Shown here: piece by piece, positions 40,064-54,040 of the stretch
How positions within the stretch are numbered: the first letter of the stretch is position 1
Layout of the letters: every line of letters starts with the position of its first letter
Assembly (NCBI GenBank): GCA_951406725.2
Contig: OX597822.1
Coordinates: forward strand, 71,362,001-71,426,000
From: Octopus vulgaris
Lineage: Eukaryota
DNA: 64,000 bases
Direction: 5' to 3'
The notes under the pieces: generated by a model
Database searches by the model: none
What the model saw: only the letters and a program-made list of their open reading frames with translations
What the model was told of the DNA's origin: nothing
Position numbers and translations under genes: made by a program

Positions 40064-40310
40064 AGCTTTGTGTATCATCTGTGGTGTGAAAGATTAGTTT
40101 ACATAAATGTATTCAAATCAAGTGATAGATTCTTTGACAATGATAACACACGTTTTGAGGCTTTGTGTATCATCTGTGATGAGTCAAAAAATAGTTTACA
40201 TAAAAGCATTCAGATCACGTAATAGAAGTTTTTATAGTGATAAGAAGATAAAAATGAGTTTACATAAATATATCCAAATCAAGTAACAGAGTTTTTGACA
40301 AGAAGATAAA
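40064..40310. repeat. Degenerate minisatellite, about 3 units of 65-95 bp
   Basis: gctttgtgtatcatctgtg twice and agtttacataaa..tcaagt three times. Confidence 0.7.
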
Positions 40311-41149
40311 ACGTAGCTGGATTGTCAATCAGTGGGTACTAAAGTTTTAGTCTCACTGTGATCAGAAACCATAATTGTTTGCAGCATCTTAAATTGAAAA
40401 AAAAAAAGGTGAGTAATAGCAAACCATTTATAGTTCTCGGATCTGGCTGTAGGGTCTCACATCTTGATGGAATTTGACAGTTACCACTATTTTGTACAGA
40501 AATGGAGGCTCAAAATTGTCTTTTTAAAAAACAATGTGGTTGATTGATGGTAGTCACTTGATCAAAAGATGGTTCTGCTTTTTTTCTTAAGGTGGCTTAG
40601 AATTGCTTTCCCTCTAAAAACAGTGTGGGTGGTTGATGGTAGTCACATGATTAAAAGGTAGTTCGCGATTGTTCTGATTTCTAATAGTTGTGGAGCCAAG
40701 AAAGGCTTATTTGGTGAGCTGATTGTGTTATGGTTCAGTAGGTTTAGCTGGTGTTTTGGGGTTTATATGTGTGACTTATAAGTAAAGAATGGTGTGTATC
40801 TGCGTGTAAGTGTATGTGTGTATGTACGTGTGCGTGTTTTTTCTGGTCAGAGCGGTGTGTGCGTGCACGTGGATATGTGTGTGAGTCTGTGTATGTATGT
40901 ATCGTATAATTATTCGGACGGTGTGTGTATGTGTGTAAGTATGTATGCGTGTGTATGTGAGTGTTATATTTCTCAGGACGCTGTGTGTGTGAGAATTTGT
41001 ATGTGTTTATTACATTTGTCAGGGTGGTGTGCATGTGTGTGCGTGTATATGCGCGCGTGTGTACTTATGTATGTGTGTGTGTTATGTTTTTAGGGCGGTG
41101 TGAGCGACCACAATTTTTGACAATAAAAAATTTGGTCGCTCCAATTGTA

Positions 41150-41430
41150 GGACTTGCGTAACCTCATTGAAGGTACCATGTATAAATTTCAATCAGGACA
41201 CACTTTTGTCGGCAAAAAATTACTTCACCTGCGCACAAAATATTTAATTTATGTAAAGGGTGCCACAAAGAAGAATACGTAGGGCAAACTAGCCTTACTC
41301 TCAGAAAGAGGATGACTGTCCACCGCCAACAAGTGAGTGACCCCACCATAAGACAAATACCACTCAGTGGCGACTTAGATCTTTGTGCTAAAAAGAAGTC
41401 CCTAAAATTAGGATTGAAACCTTTTTAAAT
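41150..41430 (+). pseudogene. PLE GIY-YIG endonuclease fragment
   Basis: CKGCHKEEYVGQTSLTLRKRMTVHRQQV. Confidence 0.75.
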
Positions 41431-41596
41431 AAGTTAATAAATACTTTTAAAGACTTCTGCATTTTCATATTCTTTTCCTTATACATATATATATATATAG
41501 GTGTGTGTGTGTGTGTGTGAGTGTATTTGTGTGTGTGTGTGTGTGTGTATTAAAAGTAATTAATTTTATGTCAGGTTGTAGATTTAGCAATGGTTT

Positions 41597-41652
41597 TACA
41601 TCCACAGAGGCTTTAGTCTCACGGACGTCTCGAGGCTAAAGCCTCTGTGGAT
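41597..41652. repeat. Short hairpin (~21-bp arms)
   Basis: atccacagaggctttagtctc / gaggctaaagcctctgtggat. Confidence 0.85.
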
Positions 41653-41783
41653 TTGAAACAATTGGTCACTCTGTCACTGGATATAAACTTAATTACTTTT
41701 AGTACAGTACTGTTCTATGCCTTAGAGTGTACTTTTTTTCGGATATATGATACATTGACGATATATATATATACACATATATG

Positions 41784-41821
<38 letters not shown>

Positions 41822-41824
41822 TAT

Positions 41825-42095
41825 TGCAGCGTGGAAGGTGTTTATAAGCCATTTAAGAAACACACAAAAGCCGTTCGATTCACTTCAACATTTAAGTTTA
41901 ATTTGTCAAAATATTTTCGTCGCTAAAATCCGCGACCTGTTCACTGACAAAGTCCGTGCTGACAAAGTCCATGCAGCACGGACTTTGTCAGTGAACAGGT
42001 CGCGGACGACGAAAATATTTTGACAAATTAAACTTAAATGTTGAAGTGAATCGAACTGTGTGTTTCTTAAATGGCTAAACACCTTCCACGCTGCA
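41825..42095. repeat. Near-perfect palindrome with two G3-C8 hammerhead motifs
   Basis: Arms at 41825-41961 and 41974-42095. Motifs at 41902-41951 (-) and 41984-42027 (+). Confidence 0.92.
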
Positions 42096-42155
42096 TTGTT
42101 TTCGTTTCAGCACACGATCTCAGATCAAATTACTTGCTATGCGAGTACATCTCCG

Positions 42156-42272
<117 letters not shown>

Positions 42273-43129
42273 CACATATATGGGTACAGGATGTCACCAA
42301 CGGTGCAGATAACTTGAAATACGTAAACAAAGAGAAAAATGGAAAACAGTACAAATTAACACAGAGAAAGGACCCTTCATCAGTTGTCGTCTGTCTATCT
42401 ACTCCTCATTTCGAGCATTCAACGACAATATAAGTCATCAAATACAGTTGCTCCCATAAATTCTAAAATAAAATTTAGGATTTATGGAGGGCCAAAGTTG
42501 GGGAAAAAATTACTGTGAAGACATACAAGGAAAACGAACGAAAACAAACATGGAGGGTCGTTAGACCAGAACGAGAGGAAATTAGCGAACGCTGGGAGAA
42601 ACATTTTTTTGAAAAGAGAAAAGATAGGAACGAGAGAGAAAAACACTCCGCTCGTTTAAACGTTCGTGCAGGAAAAGAAAAATGGTCACGTGAAGGAAAG
42701 AAAGATGGACGATGGGCACGTGTGAGCAACGAAACGGCGAGCTTCCACCAATTTTCTCTCAACCAAATTCACTCACAATGCATTGGACGGATCAGGGTTA
42801 TAGTAGGAGAGACTTACTCCAAATACCGTGCCTTGGGAATGACTTTAAAACCACATAGTTGCAGAGAGAGCTTCTGAATTACACTGCCAGGCTTGCGCTT
42901 ATGTGTTACTTTATTATGAACCACCTCTGTAGCCAAATACGATTCAATGGAGAGCAAAATAACCCAGATAATGTATTATCATTCATTGTAGAAATGAGAT
43001 TCCTATTTTATATGCTTGAACCGGCTGATTCACACGGCAACAGCGCTAATTATTGACAAGGTTAGAAAAGTGTGCCACAATATAGACAGGTTATGATAAA
43101 TGGAACATATGTCATTGGTGATCATGAAT

Positions 43130-43430
43130 TGTTGATGGTCAGTTGTTCGACACTTGAAATTGCTATATGGCCAATGCTCATTATCTCTCTGTACGTGTCT
43201 TTGAATGAAATAAACTCTTGTACGATTTCAGTATAGCTGATGTCAACTACGTGACTGCTAAAAATTTTAACTGGTTCACATTACATCTGTTATCAAAATA
43301 TTTTGGATCTAAATCTCTAAATTTAGGTGCTTGATTTTCAAAATGCTCAAATCTTTAACGTGAAACTTTTATAATAAAATCTTTGGATACACAGTAAAAT
43401 TCAACAATGAGCGTCTTTATGGCATAAATA
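43130..43430 (-). pseudogene. Second degraded hAT-like fragment, paralogous to 2240-2635
   Basis: Shares aatgctcattatctct..tgtctt..aatgaaa..aac.cttgta.gatttca with 2285-2343. Confidence 0.45.
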
Positions 43431-43622
43431 CACAGACATGCTAAAAGTAAATAGACGCTATCATTTGTTAAAGATTTATTTCTAGAAATAAATATAATGT
43501 CACTTAGTGCATCAAAATACTTGATCTAATACTTAGTGGACATGTCTCACACATAAAACATAAAACAAATTTAAAACAGCCATAAGTATCCACACAAATT
43601 AAACAGTATAAGGATCTTTTTA

Positions 43623-43924
43623 CCCTTTTAACGGCAGATCGAAAAATTAATTTTTTGTAACTAAGCACTTTCAAACTTCGGACACTGGTAGAATGTATCA
43701 TATAAAACATCTTTTACTGAATTTTATTCAGCTGAATACACGTCATTGATTGGTTGAAATTAGCGAAATACGACTACTTTAACACGAAATAACTTTGAAA
43801 ATATAAACTTTTCTCAACAATACTAAGAGTAAAAGATGTTTTATATGACACATTCTACCAGTGTCCGAAGTTTGAAAGTGCTTAGTTACAAAAAATTAAT
43901 TTCTAGATCTGCCATGCAAAGGGG
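43623..43924. mobile_element. MITE with ~95-bp terminal inverted repeats
   Basis: aaattaattttttgtaactaagcactttcaaacttcggacactggtagaatgt is mirrored at about 43850-43900. Confidence 0.85.
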
Positions 43925-44688
43925 AAAATGAGAGGTGTCTATTTACTTTTGACGTGTCTATTTACTTTTGAGGTGTCTGTGTACTTTCGTAATTCTCTGC
44001 TGTTTCCTTGTGGAATCGTTGTCTTCTGTTTTACGCTTTTTGTACTGTTTGCATTTCGTATGAATAACATTGTCGAACCAACTTGGTTGCTTCATTCTCA
44101 ATCAGTTTGAATTAAGATTCATATCTTTCCCAGAAATCTAAATCAAAAGAAAAGCCGTTTTTTTTTTTTTTGGAAGAACATGAATAAATTCAAAGCCTTG
44201 CCAAGCACTTTTATTACAGAATACAAGAACATAAGAATACAAGAACATAAGAATTTAAGAACATAAGAACAATTGATGAACTGACAAAATGTATAATCAA
44301 ATGATATGCATACACACACACACACACACACACATACATACATACATATATACACACATGTATTGATAAATATGTGTATGTGTGCGTGCGTGTGCGCACG
44401 TGCATCTATCTATCTATCAATCTATCTAGCTTTCTTTCTTCCCTCCTTTCTTTCTTTCTTTCGTTCTTTCTTTCTACACACTCATGTGTTAGTGTGTGAG
44501 TGAGTGTAGGCGTATGTATGTCTGTACTACGTAGGTATATGCAGATGTATGTATATGTATATATATATACACATCGATATACGTATATATGTATGTGTAT
44601 GTATGTATATATATACACATACAAATACACACACATACACACATATATACACACAAACACACACACATATACATATGTATGTGTATAT

Positions 44689-44739
<51 letters not shown>

Positions 44740-47700
44740 TATGTACACACACACACGCACACTCACACACACACACACACACGCATATCAACATATATAT
44801 TGGGTTCTCAAATAAATTCATTTTTTTTTCCTATTTATCTTAATCCTTAATTTTCATGAACAATCTTAACAAATCAGTCCAATGATATTGATTCGAAACA
44901 AAAGTTCACACGGTTTTTTTTTTCCGGTTGGTGGCGTTTCAACACGTGTTTTCGTAACTCAAGTGACAGAAGCATATGACATACGTATCGTACAGAAAGA
45001 AGTGTTGGAAGGTGGCATTTCAACACGTCTTTATCTTTTGCTTGTTTCAATCATTTACCGCCTTGGTAAAATAGGGAACGTTTCACGAATGTGCGTGTCA
45101 TCCTTGTGCAGGAGCCATACTAATCTTCTCTGTATCGTCCCAGTTTTTACTATATTTACGATCTAATTCTATATGCTTACTGTGTGGATAGTTTATTTGT
45201 ACAATTTTTGTTATAAACGAAAATGGAGGAAAATGTACCTCATCTTGAAGGTGAAGTCAATCAAATTGACCAGTGATTTTATATTAAATCTGATGCAAAT
45301 TCTGTCGTTCATTTTTGCCGAACCATTAACCTGTGGTATCATCACGCAGCTAGAAACAAACACAAAAGAATGTGTGTATGTGTGTATGCATACAACTACA
45401 ACGAACTTCTCCATGATTTCCATGTACCAAATTTACTCGCAAGGAATTGGTCTGTTTGGGGCTATAGTAGAAGGCACTTGCCCAAAGTGCCGCACAGCAA
45501 CTGAACCCAAAAGCACGTGGTTGTGAAGCGAACTTCTCAACCATAAGCCATACCGGTTTCTATGTATATATAACGCCTCCACCCCCACCTCCACTCACAC
45601 ACATACTTACACACTCATGCACTCTCTCTCACACACACGTACTCACACTCAGGCACACACACTCTCTCACACACACAAGCACTCGCATACACACACTCAC
45701 ACTCTCACACTCTCTCACACTCGCACACACACACACTCACACACGTAGGCACACCCACACACACAGTTACACACACTCACCCCTCCACACCCACACACAG
45801 TCACACACACACACACACACTCACCCTTCTTCCCACCACACACACAGATGTGTGTGTTGTTTAGAAGACACGACTGCGTTAGGATTTGATTTTTTTTTTA
45901 TTAGAAATTTTATCACATTTCTTCATTAATCCTTTATGTTTAATTTGGAAACAAAAGCTTCTCTAAATCAATTAGTCCATTAACGTTTCAAGACTATCAC
46001 AATGAAATTATGGCAATAATGGAACGTTGTTCGAGCGCTTTACATTAGGTCGCAAAGGGTAATGGGAATATTGTTATAATTGATAAAATTGTTAATGCTG
46101 AATTTCAAACTTATGCAACAGTTATGTCCTGATTATGCATACGATACCTTTGTGTGTTGAATTTTAGTTTGTCTGTTGTTATTAGTAAAGCTTCCATTTA
46201 TATTCCCATTTATTGTGAAAGTCTGTATAACATTGTTGTGTTGTCAATTAATGCTTTTCTTTCTAATTTAGTTCGTGTATTGTATTATAATAAGTTGCGA
46301 AAGTTCCTTGTTTTAAATGCATTGTGAACCGACGAGAAAATGTCGTATTATTTAACAGTTTCATGTTTACATTGATTGCTTTTTAAAAAAAATGTATATT
46401 ATATCTGTTATTTTAAGTATGATCTATGGTTTTCCAGTTCGTAGTTTCGTGTTTATGAGTAGGTCATCAATTTTGAGGTGAGAGGAAAAGTCGATTATAT
46501 CAACCCAAGTATAGACTGACATTTTGTTTTGTCGACTCCGAAGGAACGAAAGGCAAAGTTGACCACGGCGGGATTTGAACCAAGAATGCAAAGAGCCGAA
46601 AGAAATGCTATCGATTCGGCCAAAACGCCACCTTAAGAACATCTGTATATATTAAATGTCAAATCATGTTTACTACCAGTATTTGTAACAATACCGGGAA
46701 AGCAATTATATTTCGTACAAAATATATAGATAGTATATATTAGAACTCTGTCGTTAATAGCATTTCTCTGATAAAAATATTTATCTTACGAAGAGGTGAT
46801 ACGCGGTTTGATGTACGAAAAACAGAATAATCATTTGCTCTTCCATTGTTTCACGTCTAAGTTCGTTTATACTTCTTAAATACTTGAAATAAATTCAAAC
46901 ATCATAAAAATTAACAGTCCGAGTTTTAAAGTATAAAACCTGAATATTTTTAAAATACAAATAAATTTAAATGCTAAACAATGAAAGAATAAATTATTTT
47001 CTATTTTCCATCGTATTTGAAAGCACACATTTTCGAACATTTGGCTTGTAAATTTTGAATTTTAATAGCGATAAATACTATCTTTCTCTGAGTTTGTGTA
47101 TGTATGTGAGTGCATGCTTGTCTGTGTATGCGAGATTAAAAACGTGTGAATGAGAAAGGAAAACAGTATTTGATGTGACAGACATTTCCGTGCTTCACTC
47201 CGACATTTCTATCTGGCTATTACTTCATTACAACTGTCACTTTCTCTACATCTCCTTTCTCGCCTAATCCCTGTTATAGCCGCAAGGGGACTTCAAATCC
47301 GGGATTTTTTTTCCCTTCTTTCAGCAGTATTCTGGATAGTATCTGAATCTGCCAGGGACATTTGATAAATATCTGTGAGAAATGGTGATGTTGCTTCAAG
47401 ACAGACAAGCTTCAGGGCTTTTACACACACACACACATTTATGTGTGTAGTATGTTCATGCATATAGAATTGATTATCTTAATGCCAAAATTAATAGGAC
47501 CAGTCATACATTAAAGAACTCAAATCATAAACTGTAGAACAATATTAATTTATTTTTATTTTCCAGGACTGTCAAGCCTCAGTTATGTTACATCTAGAGA
47601 ATAGCTGACCTTTATGACTGTATTGGATTTTTTTTTTCTGTTTCAAGCAATTCTGTCGGACCTGTCATGTTTGTACATGGCGGAAGTTTTTGACAGAAAT

Positions 47701-49792
47701 GTTCTGTCAATAATTCTTGTCTTCGTATGCATGTATTTGACAACAAAAGTATGTTTATCTTTTTTTTATCATCAGGGCATTCTTTCCTATGAATGGCATT
47801 CAATGTTGTTTCAATAACAAATTAGCTCTCATTAGAAGGTGGCACCTGAATGACATTTTGGGGGCCAGCGTCTGATCACATATGCTATATTTTCCACTGA
47901 AATGTGATATAATTGACATATTCAGCCACCTGATTTCGCTATCTCTTTTATTTATTGGGTATTCCATTGTTCTTGTCTACCTTTCGATTGCAAAAGCTTA
48001 AGCTACAAAATGTATTGAAGGGGACGTGATACTTGCGAATTCAGTTAATTCCTGTTAATGTCAGTATTATCTTTAAAAACATATCCATTCATAACCCTTT
48101 TTAATATTACGCAGGATGAAGGCGGCGAGCTGGAAGAAACGTTAGCTTAATCCCCTCCCCAAAATTTCGGGCCTTGTGCCTAGAGTAGAAAAGGATATTA
48201 AGCGGGATGTTTTTTTTTCGAGTCTTTACTAACATGCGGTAGTCCAATAGTTCTGGGGTCAAAGGAATTCAGGGAATTAGATTTTCTTGAGGGGGTTCAA
48301 AACTGAGCTAGAAGGATGTTTTCTCTTCACTTCGGAGGACTTGGCTCATGCATTTGTTTACGCTGCCATTAAACAGGTGTTATTTAAGTGCAGTGGCTTA
48401 GCTAGAGTATTTGCTGTCAGAGGAAGCCCTTGAGTTTGCGCGGTACACCATCTTGGTTTCCAAACTCACACTGGGTTATAAAATGGACATCCCCCACAAA
48501 AGCATCATCCGGGGCGGACTACCCGCTCGTATCTCCTAGTTATGTCTCATTCTGTGTGATATTACATGTCGCTTAAAAGCTATCTGAATTAGAGTCTTAA
48601 AGTTCTTCCATAATCTTTCCTTCTGAAGCAAACCTCTGTAGAATTTTACAGGTTTTAATATCTACGGCACGGATTTTCTCTATACATCAGTCAAATATCC
48701 AAATGTTTGTATAAGTACTGCTACCGCAGATACATTTCCAGAAAGCTCCGTCTGCCATATATTTTTAGAGTCTAATATAATATTCTTTGGTCATTGTGTC
48801 TTTGTTCGCCACATTCTTTGATATATATTTTTTACCACTACTTAGGTATCTGTAGCACTCTTTGTGTAGAAAAAGGGAGAAAGAGGCAACATTGATGTAA
48901 AGATTTTTTTGGTTTGGGAAACAGATTTCTTGCATCCAAATAACAAAAATGAACACTGCTTTAGGCAAATTCCATCCTTAAACCAACTGAAAATGCTGTT
49001 GTGAAATCCAGCTGTTCCTCAACATTGAATTTCTAGAAAAGTTCTTTAGAACACCCACAAATAAATTATGAGGTATATTGGTGTTTCTCGCTATTGTAGA
49101 TCCTAACATACAACTTCGAATATTTGTAAAAGAAATGACAGTGCATCTAGTGCCACAATAAACTGGAGGATTTGGTGCCAAATAAACAAAAGCATATATA
49201 GTATCCTTCGAATATTGGTTTCAAATTTTGGCACAAGGCCAGAAATTTCTATCATGGGTAAGTCGACTACATCAACCTCAAAACTCAATGGGTACTTATT
49301 TTATCGACCCCGACAGGATGAAAGGCAAAGTCGACTCCGGTAGCATTTGAACTCATAACGTAAAGACGGACGAAATGCCGCTTAGCATTTCGTCCGGCAC
49401 ATTAACGATTCTGCCATCTCACCGTCTTGTATCCTTTGAATATTGCCTTGCTATATTAATAACATTGGAAACAATTCCTTTGCTTTCAATAACAAGTATG
49501 AGGATTTTCGACTCAATCATTGTGATCCTTTCAATGGTAACAACTTGGGCAGTAGACTTTTCCCTGTAATACAAAACCTGCAGCAATCATGAGTGAGAAA
49601 TAAAATAGAATCGAATATCTCTTTGTAGTTAAGCTGGTTTATTTGTTACAAGGTTTCTTTAGCGCTTTCTCACTTCTGGCAGTGTTCGGCACACTCATTT
49701 CTTTCCACCAGCCTGCTTATCAGACACTATCTTGGAGGGATTTGTTGAGACACCTTACATTAAATTTATGAATAATGCACAATAGTGCAATT

Positions 49793-50402
49793 AGCGCAGG
49801 AGCGGCTATGTGGCAAGAAGCTGCAGAAACTGCAAGAGTGGCTTTGTAGCAAGCCAGCGAGCTGGCAGAAACATTGGCATGCCAGGCGACGTGCTTAGCG
49901 GTATTTCATCTGCCATTACGTTCTGAGTTCAAATTCCGCCAAGGTCGACTTTGCCTTTCATCCTTTCGAGGTCAATAAATTAAGTACCAGTTACGCACTG
50001 GAGTCGATGTAATCGACTTAATCTGTTTGTCTGTCCTTGTTTGTCCACTCTATGTTTAGCCCCTTGTGGGCAATAAAGAATTAAGAAGCTTGCTTCACAA
50101 CCACACGGATCAGGGTTCAGTCCCACTGCGTGGCACCTTGGGCGGGTGTCTTCTACTATAGCCTCAGGCTGACCAAAGCCTTGTGAGTGGATTTGTTAGA
50201 TGGAAACTGAAAGAAGCCCGTCGTATATATGTATATGCGTGTGTGTATTTGTCCCTATGATCATAGCTTGACAACTGATGTTGGTGTGTTTACGTTCCCG
50301 AAACTTAGTTGTTCAGCAAAAGAACCGATAAAATAAGTACTAGGCTTACAAAGAATAAGTTCTAGTGTCAATTTGCTCGACAAAATGACTGAAACAAGGA
50401 AA
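49793..50402 (+). mobile_element. SINE family A with a family B SINE nested in its head (about 49855-50082)
   Basis: The family A head ends aagaagct near 49822 and resumes aagaagcttgc at 50083. Confidence 0.8.
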
Positions 50403-50534
50403 AGAGGAGGCAAACAACGATTCTATCGTTTTCTGCCTGTTCAATGTTTTCTTTCTTGGCTTCAAGATTTGTCTGTTCTATGACAAACCAGTTTAATATA
50501 TCCATTTAGCCTTCCATAGTTTTTTAAATATATA

Positions 50535-50935
50535 TTTCTTCATTACCCGCAGGGGGCTACACATAGAGGGACAAACAAAGGGATTAAGTCGATTACATCG
50601 ACCCCAGTATGTAACTGGTACTTATTTAATCGACTCCGAAAGAATGAAAGGCAAAGTAGACCTCGACGGAATTTGAACTCAGAACGTAGCGGCAGACGAA
50701 ATACCTATTTCTTTACTACCCACAAGGGGCTAAACACAGAGAGGACAAACAAGGACAGACAAATGGATTAAGTCGATTATATCGACCCCAGTGCGTAACT
50801 GGTACTTATTTAATCGACCCCAAAAGGATGAAAGGCAAAGTCGACCTCAGCGGAATTTGATCTCAGAACGTAACGGCAGACGAAGTACCGCTAAGTATTT
50901 CGCCTGGTGTGCTAACAATTCTGCCAGCTCGCCGC
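50535..50935 (-). mobile_element. SINE family B dimer
   Basis: Two tandem ~175-bp units behind one head. Confidence 0.85.
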
Positions 50936-51790
50936 TCTTTCTAATATACCCAATATATATATATAGTTCATTTTAATATACCCAACAGGGACATGCTGTC
51001 GAACATCAAAATCTTATACTATGATCCAACTACTAAGTCCATTCCTAGTACTTACTCCCCTATTATGCAGCTTTCCCACACCTTTGGTGAAAGTTTCAAA
51101 GTTGATTGTATGCTTTTTTTGGCTAACGTTGGTACAGTATTCCTTCTTCACTTAGCCATGGTGCACTCAGGTTGAAATCTTTTCCATTACAGATCAAGGA
51201 CCAATATGGTTCAATATTTTCTTGAGAAATGCTCTTTTTACAGAGATACTGTTTTTCTTCATCCTTTGTTATGCATCTAGTTTATTAGAAGCAAATTTAT
51301 ACTTAATTCTGGCTCGTTGAAGCGCGGATTTTTTCCCTATAACAAAGATTTTGCGGAGCGTCTTGAGTTCATGCCTGCAAGATATTGATTTCCATTTAAG
51401 GCTTTGATGTGCTGAATCTCCGTACATTTTCGTAAAATCTTTTCATAAGATGTAATTGGTATGCTATGGAATGCATACAGCTTAAAAATCTATTTCGAAA
51501 GAATTTTTTTAGTGATTTTGAAACTGGTGTAAATGAAACAATATATCAGTAATTTGCTTCAGAGAAAATCTCTCGTCTCATACTTCGATCACTGTACTGA
51601 TTAGGCTCTATTAATTTCTCACTATACGAGTGGCCATCAGCTTCATAGGTTAATGAAAGACTTTAACAAAATCTTCAAAGAGTTTTAGCTTAAGAATAAT
51701 AATTAGTGCCAATATTAAGAACTGTCCAGTGAATTTTAATATAGTTCTATAGATGCAACATTGCTTCCTTATTATAGATTAGGAGGCTTA

Positions 51791-52578
51791 AGGTGGTGAG
51801 CTGGCAGAAACATTTGCACGCCGGGTGAAATACTTAGCGGTATTTCATCTGCCGTTACGTTCTGAGTTCAAGTTCTGCCGAGGTCAACTTCACCTTTCAT
51901 ACTTTTGGGGTCGATTAAATAGGTACCAGTTACGCACTGGGATCAATATAATTGACTTAATCCATTTGTCTGTCCTTGTTTGTCCCCTCTGTGTGTAGCC
52001 CCTTGTGGGCAGTAAAGAAATAAGAAACATTAGCACGCCAAACGAAATGTGTAGCCGTATTTCGTCTGCTGTTACGTTCTGAGTTCAAATTCCAACGAGG
52101 TCAACTTTGCCTTTCATCCTTTTGGGATCGATAAATTAAGTACCAGTTATGCACTGGGGTCAATATAATCAACTTAATCCATTTGTCTGTCCTTGTTTGT
52201 CCCCTCTGTGTTTAGCCCCTTGTGGGTAGTAAAGAAATAGGTATTTCGTCTGCCGCTACGTTGTGAGTTCAAATTCCGCCGAAGTCGACTTTGCCTTTCA
52301 TCCTTTTGGGGTCGATAAATTAAGTACCAGTTACGCACTGGGGTCGATATAATCGACTTAATTGGTTTGACTGTCCTCTCTGTGTTTAGCCCCTTATGGG
52401 TAGTGAAGAAATAGGTATTTTGTCTGTCTTTATGTTCTCAGTTCAAGTTGCGCCAGGGTCGACTCTGCCTTTCATCATTTCGGGGTCAATAAATTAAGTA
52501 CCAGTTTCGTACTGGGGTCGATCTAATCGACTGGCCCTATCCCCCAAAATTTCGGGCTTTGTGCCTAGAGTAGAAAAA
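51791..52578 (+). mobile_element. SINE family B tetramer (tandem array)
   Basis: The unit gtatttcgtctg..gagttcaaattcc..aagtaccagttacgcactgggg occurs 4 times. The last unit has a different tail. Confidence 0.9.
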
Positions 52579-52589
52579 AAATTTCTTTG

Positions 52590-52901
52590 CTTAGTGGTTA
52601 GAAGTATTCGGCTCACGATCGCAAGACTGTGAGCTCGATTCCCTGTGGTGCACTGTGTCCTTGAGCAAGATACTTTATTTCACATTGCTCCAGTCCATTC
52701 AGCTGGCAAAACTGAGTTGTACCTGTAATGCAAAGGGCCAACCTTGTCACATTCTGTCTCACACTGAATCTCCCTGAGAACCATGTTAATGATACAAGTG
52801 CCTGCGGAGTGCTCGGTCATTTGCACTTTAATTTGACGAGAAAGCTGTTCTGCTGATTGGATCGAATGAAGCTCTTGTCTTTGTAACTAACAGAATGCCA
52901 G

Positions 52902-52902
<1 letters not shown>
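52590..52902 (+). mobile_element. tRNA-derived SINE
   Basis: gcttagtggttaga head and ccttgagcaagatactttatttcacattgctccag domain. Similar to 18790-19105. Confidence 0.8.
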
Positions 52903-52976
<74 letters not shown>

Positions 52977-53554
52977 CCGTGAGTGGTGGTGCTGAAAGTT
53001 ACAGGAAAAAACTTCATGCATCTGGAGAGTAAATGAACAAGAGGTTACACATTTTAAGATACTGCAGTCACAGGTCGAATTTATCACTCTGTCGTATTCT
53101 AAATAATATGGGGGAAACTGCTTATGTACCAATGAACCATTTTTCATATTGACGTCTCCTCAAAATTTGCCTAATTCTAAGAATGAAAATAAAATTATTT
53201 TAAAATGTCATCACAAGGTAAATTTATTAACTTACCAATTTTATACAACCTACAGGTTGAATATATTGGAATTTTATGTGAGAAAATTCTTCTAAATTTT
53301 GGAGAAGTCTCTTGCAGTTCAGTAAATATTTTATGAATGTACAGTTTTTTTTTTACCCTGTATTGTGTGTCAAAGTCTCTCTATTAGCTAAGAGCTGTTG
53401 AAAGATATTTCGCAGGAGGGTTGGAAGCCATTGTTAAATTGACTTCTCTTTTACTTCATAATTGGGGAAAGAACTCCAATTTGTATTTGTCTGTTGAATC
53501 TTGTAGACCTTTTATGCTTTATTTTATTTAAGCAACAATCAGTTGTTCTACTTG

Positions 53555-54040
53555 TACATACATACATACATACATACATACACACACACATATATACATA
53601 CATACATAAATACATACATATATACACACACATACATACATTCACACACATACATACATACATATATACATACACACACGCACACATACACATACACATA
53701 CATACATATATACATGCATACATACATGCATACATACACACACATACATACATACACACATACATATATACATACACACATACATACATAATACATACAT
53801 ACATACACATACGTACATACACACATACATACATACATTCATACACACATACACACATACATACGTACATACATACATACATACATACACACACATACAT
53901 ACACATACATACATACATACACATACATACATATATACATACATGCATACATACACACACATACATACATACACACATACATACACACATACATACATAC
54001 ATACATACATACATACATACATACATACATACATACATGT
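53555..54040. repeat. Long degenerate (TACA)n/(CA)n microsatellite
   Basis: Seen directly. It is the source of the 195-211 aa artefact ORFs. Confidence 0.95.

Larger units (their letters stand above)
47560..51760 (-). mobile_element. Degraded R4/Dong-clade non-LTR retrotransposon interrupted by several SINEs
   Basis: In minus-strand order: FNLSAPWL..GMDLVVGS (~51000-51200); KEYYIRL..WQTELSG..AVAVLIQTFGYL..IRAVDIKTCKIL (~48650-48800); PKMSFRCHLLMR..NAIHRK..SVKTSAMYKHDRSD (~47650-47870). Confidence 0.65.

Noticed and set aside
51791-52578. Regular repeats superficially like a CRISPR array
   Set aside because: There are no unique spacers, the units are SINE bodies and the context is eukaryotic.
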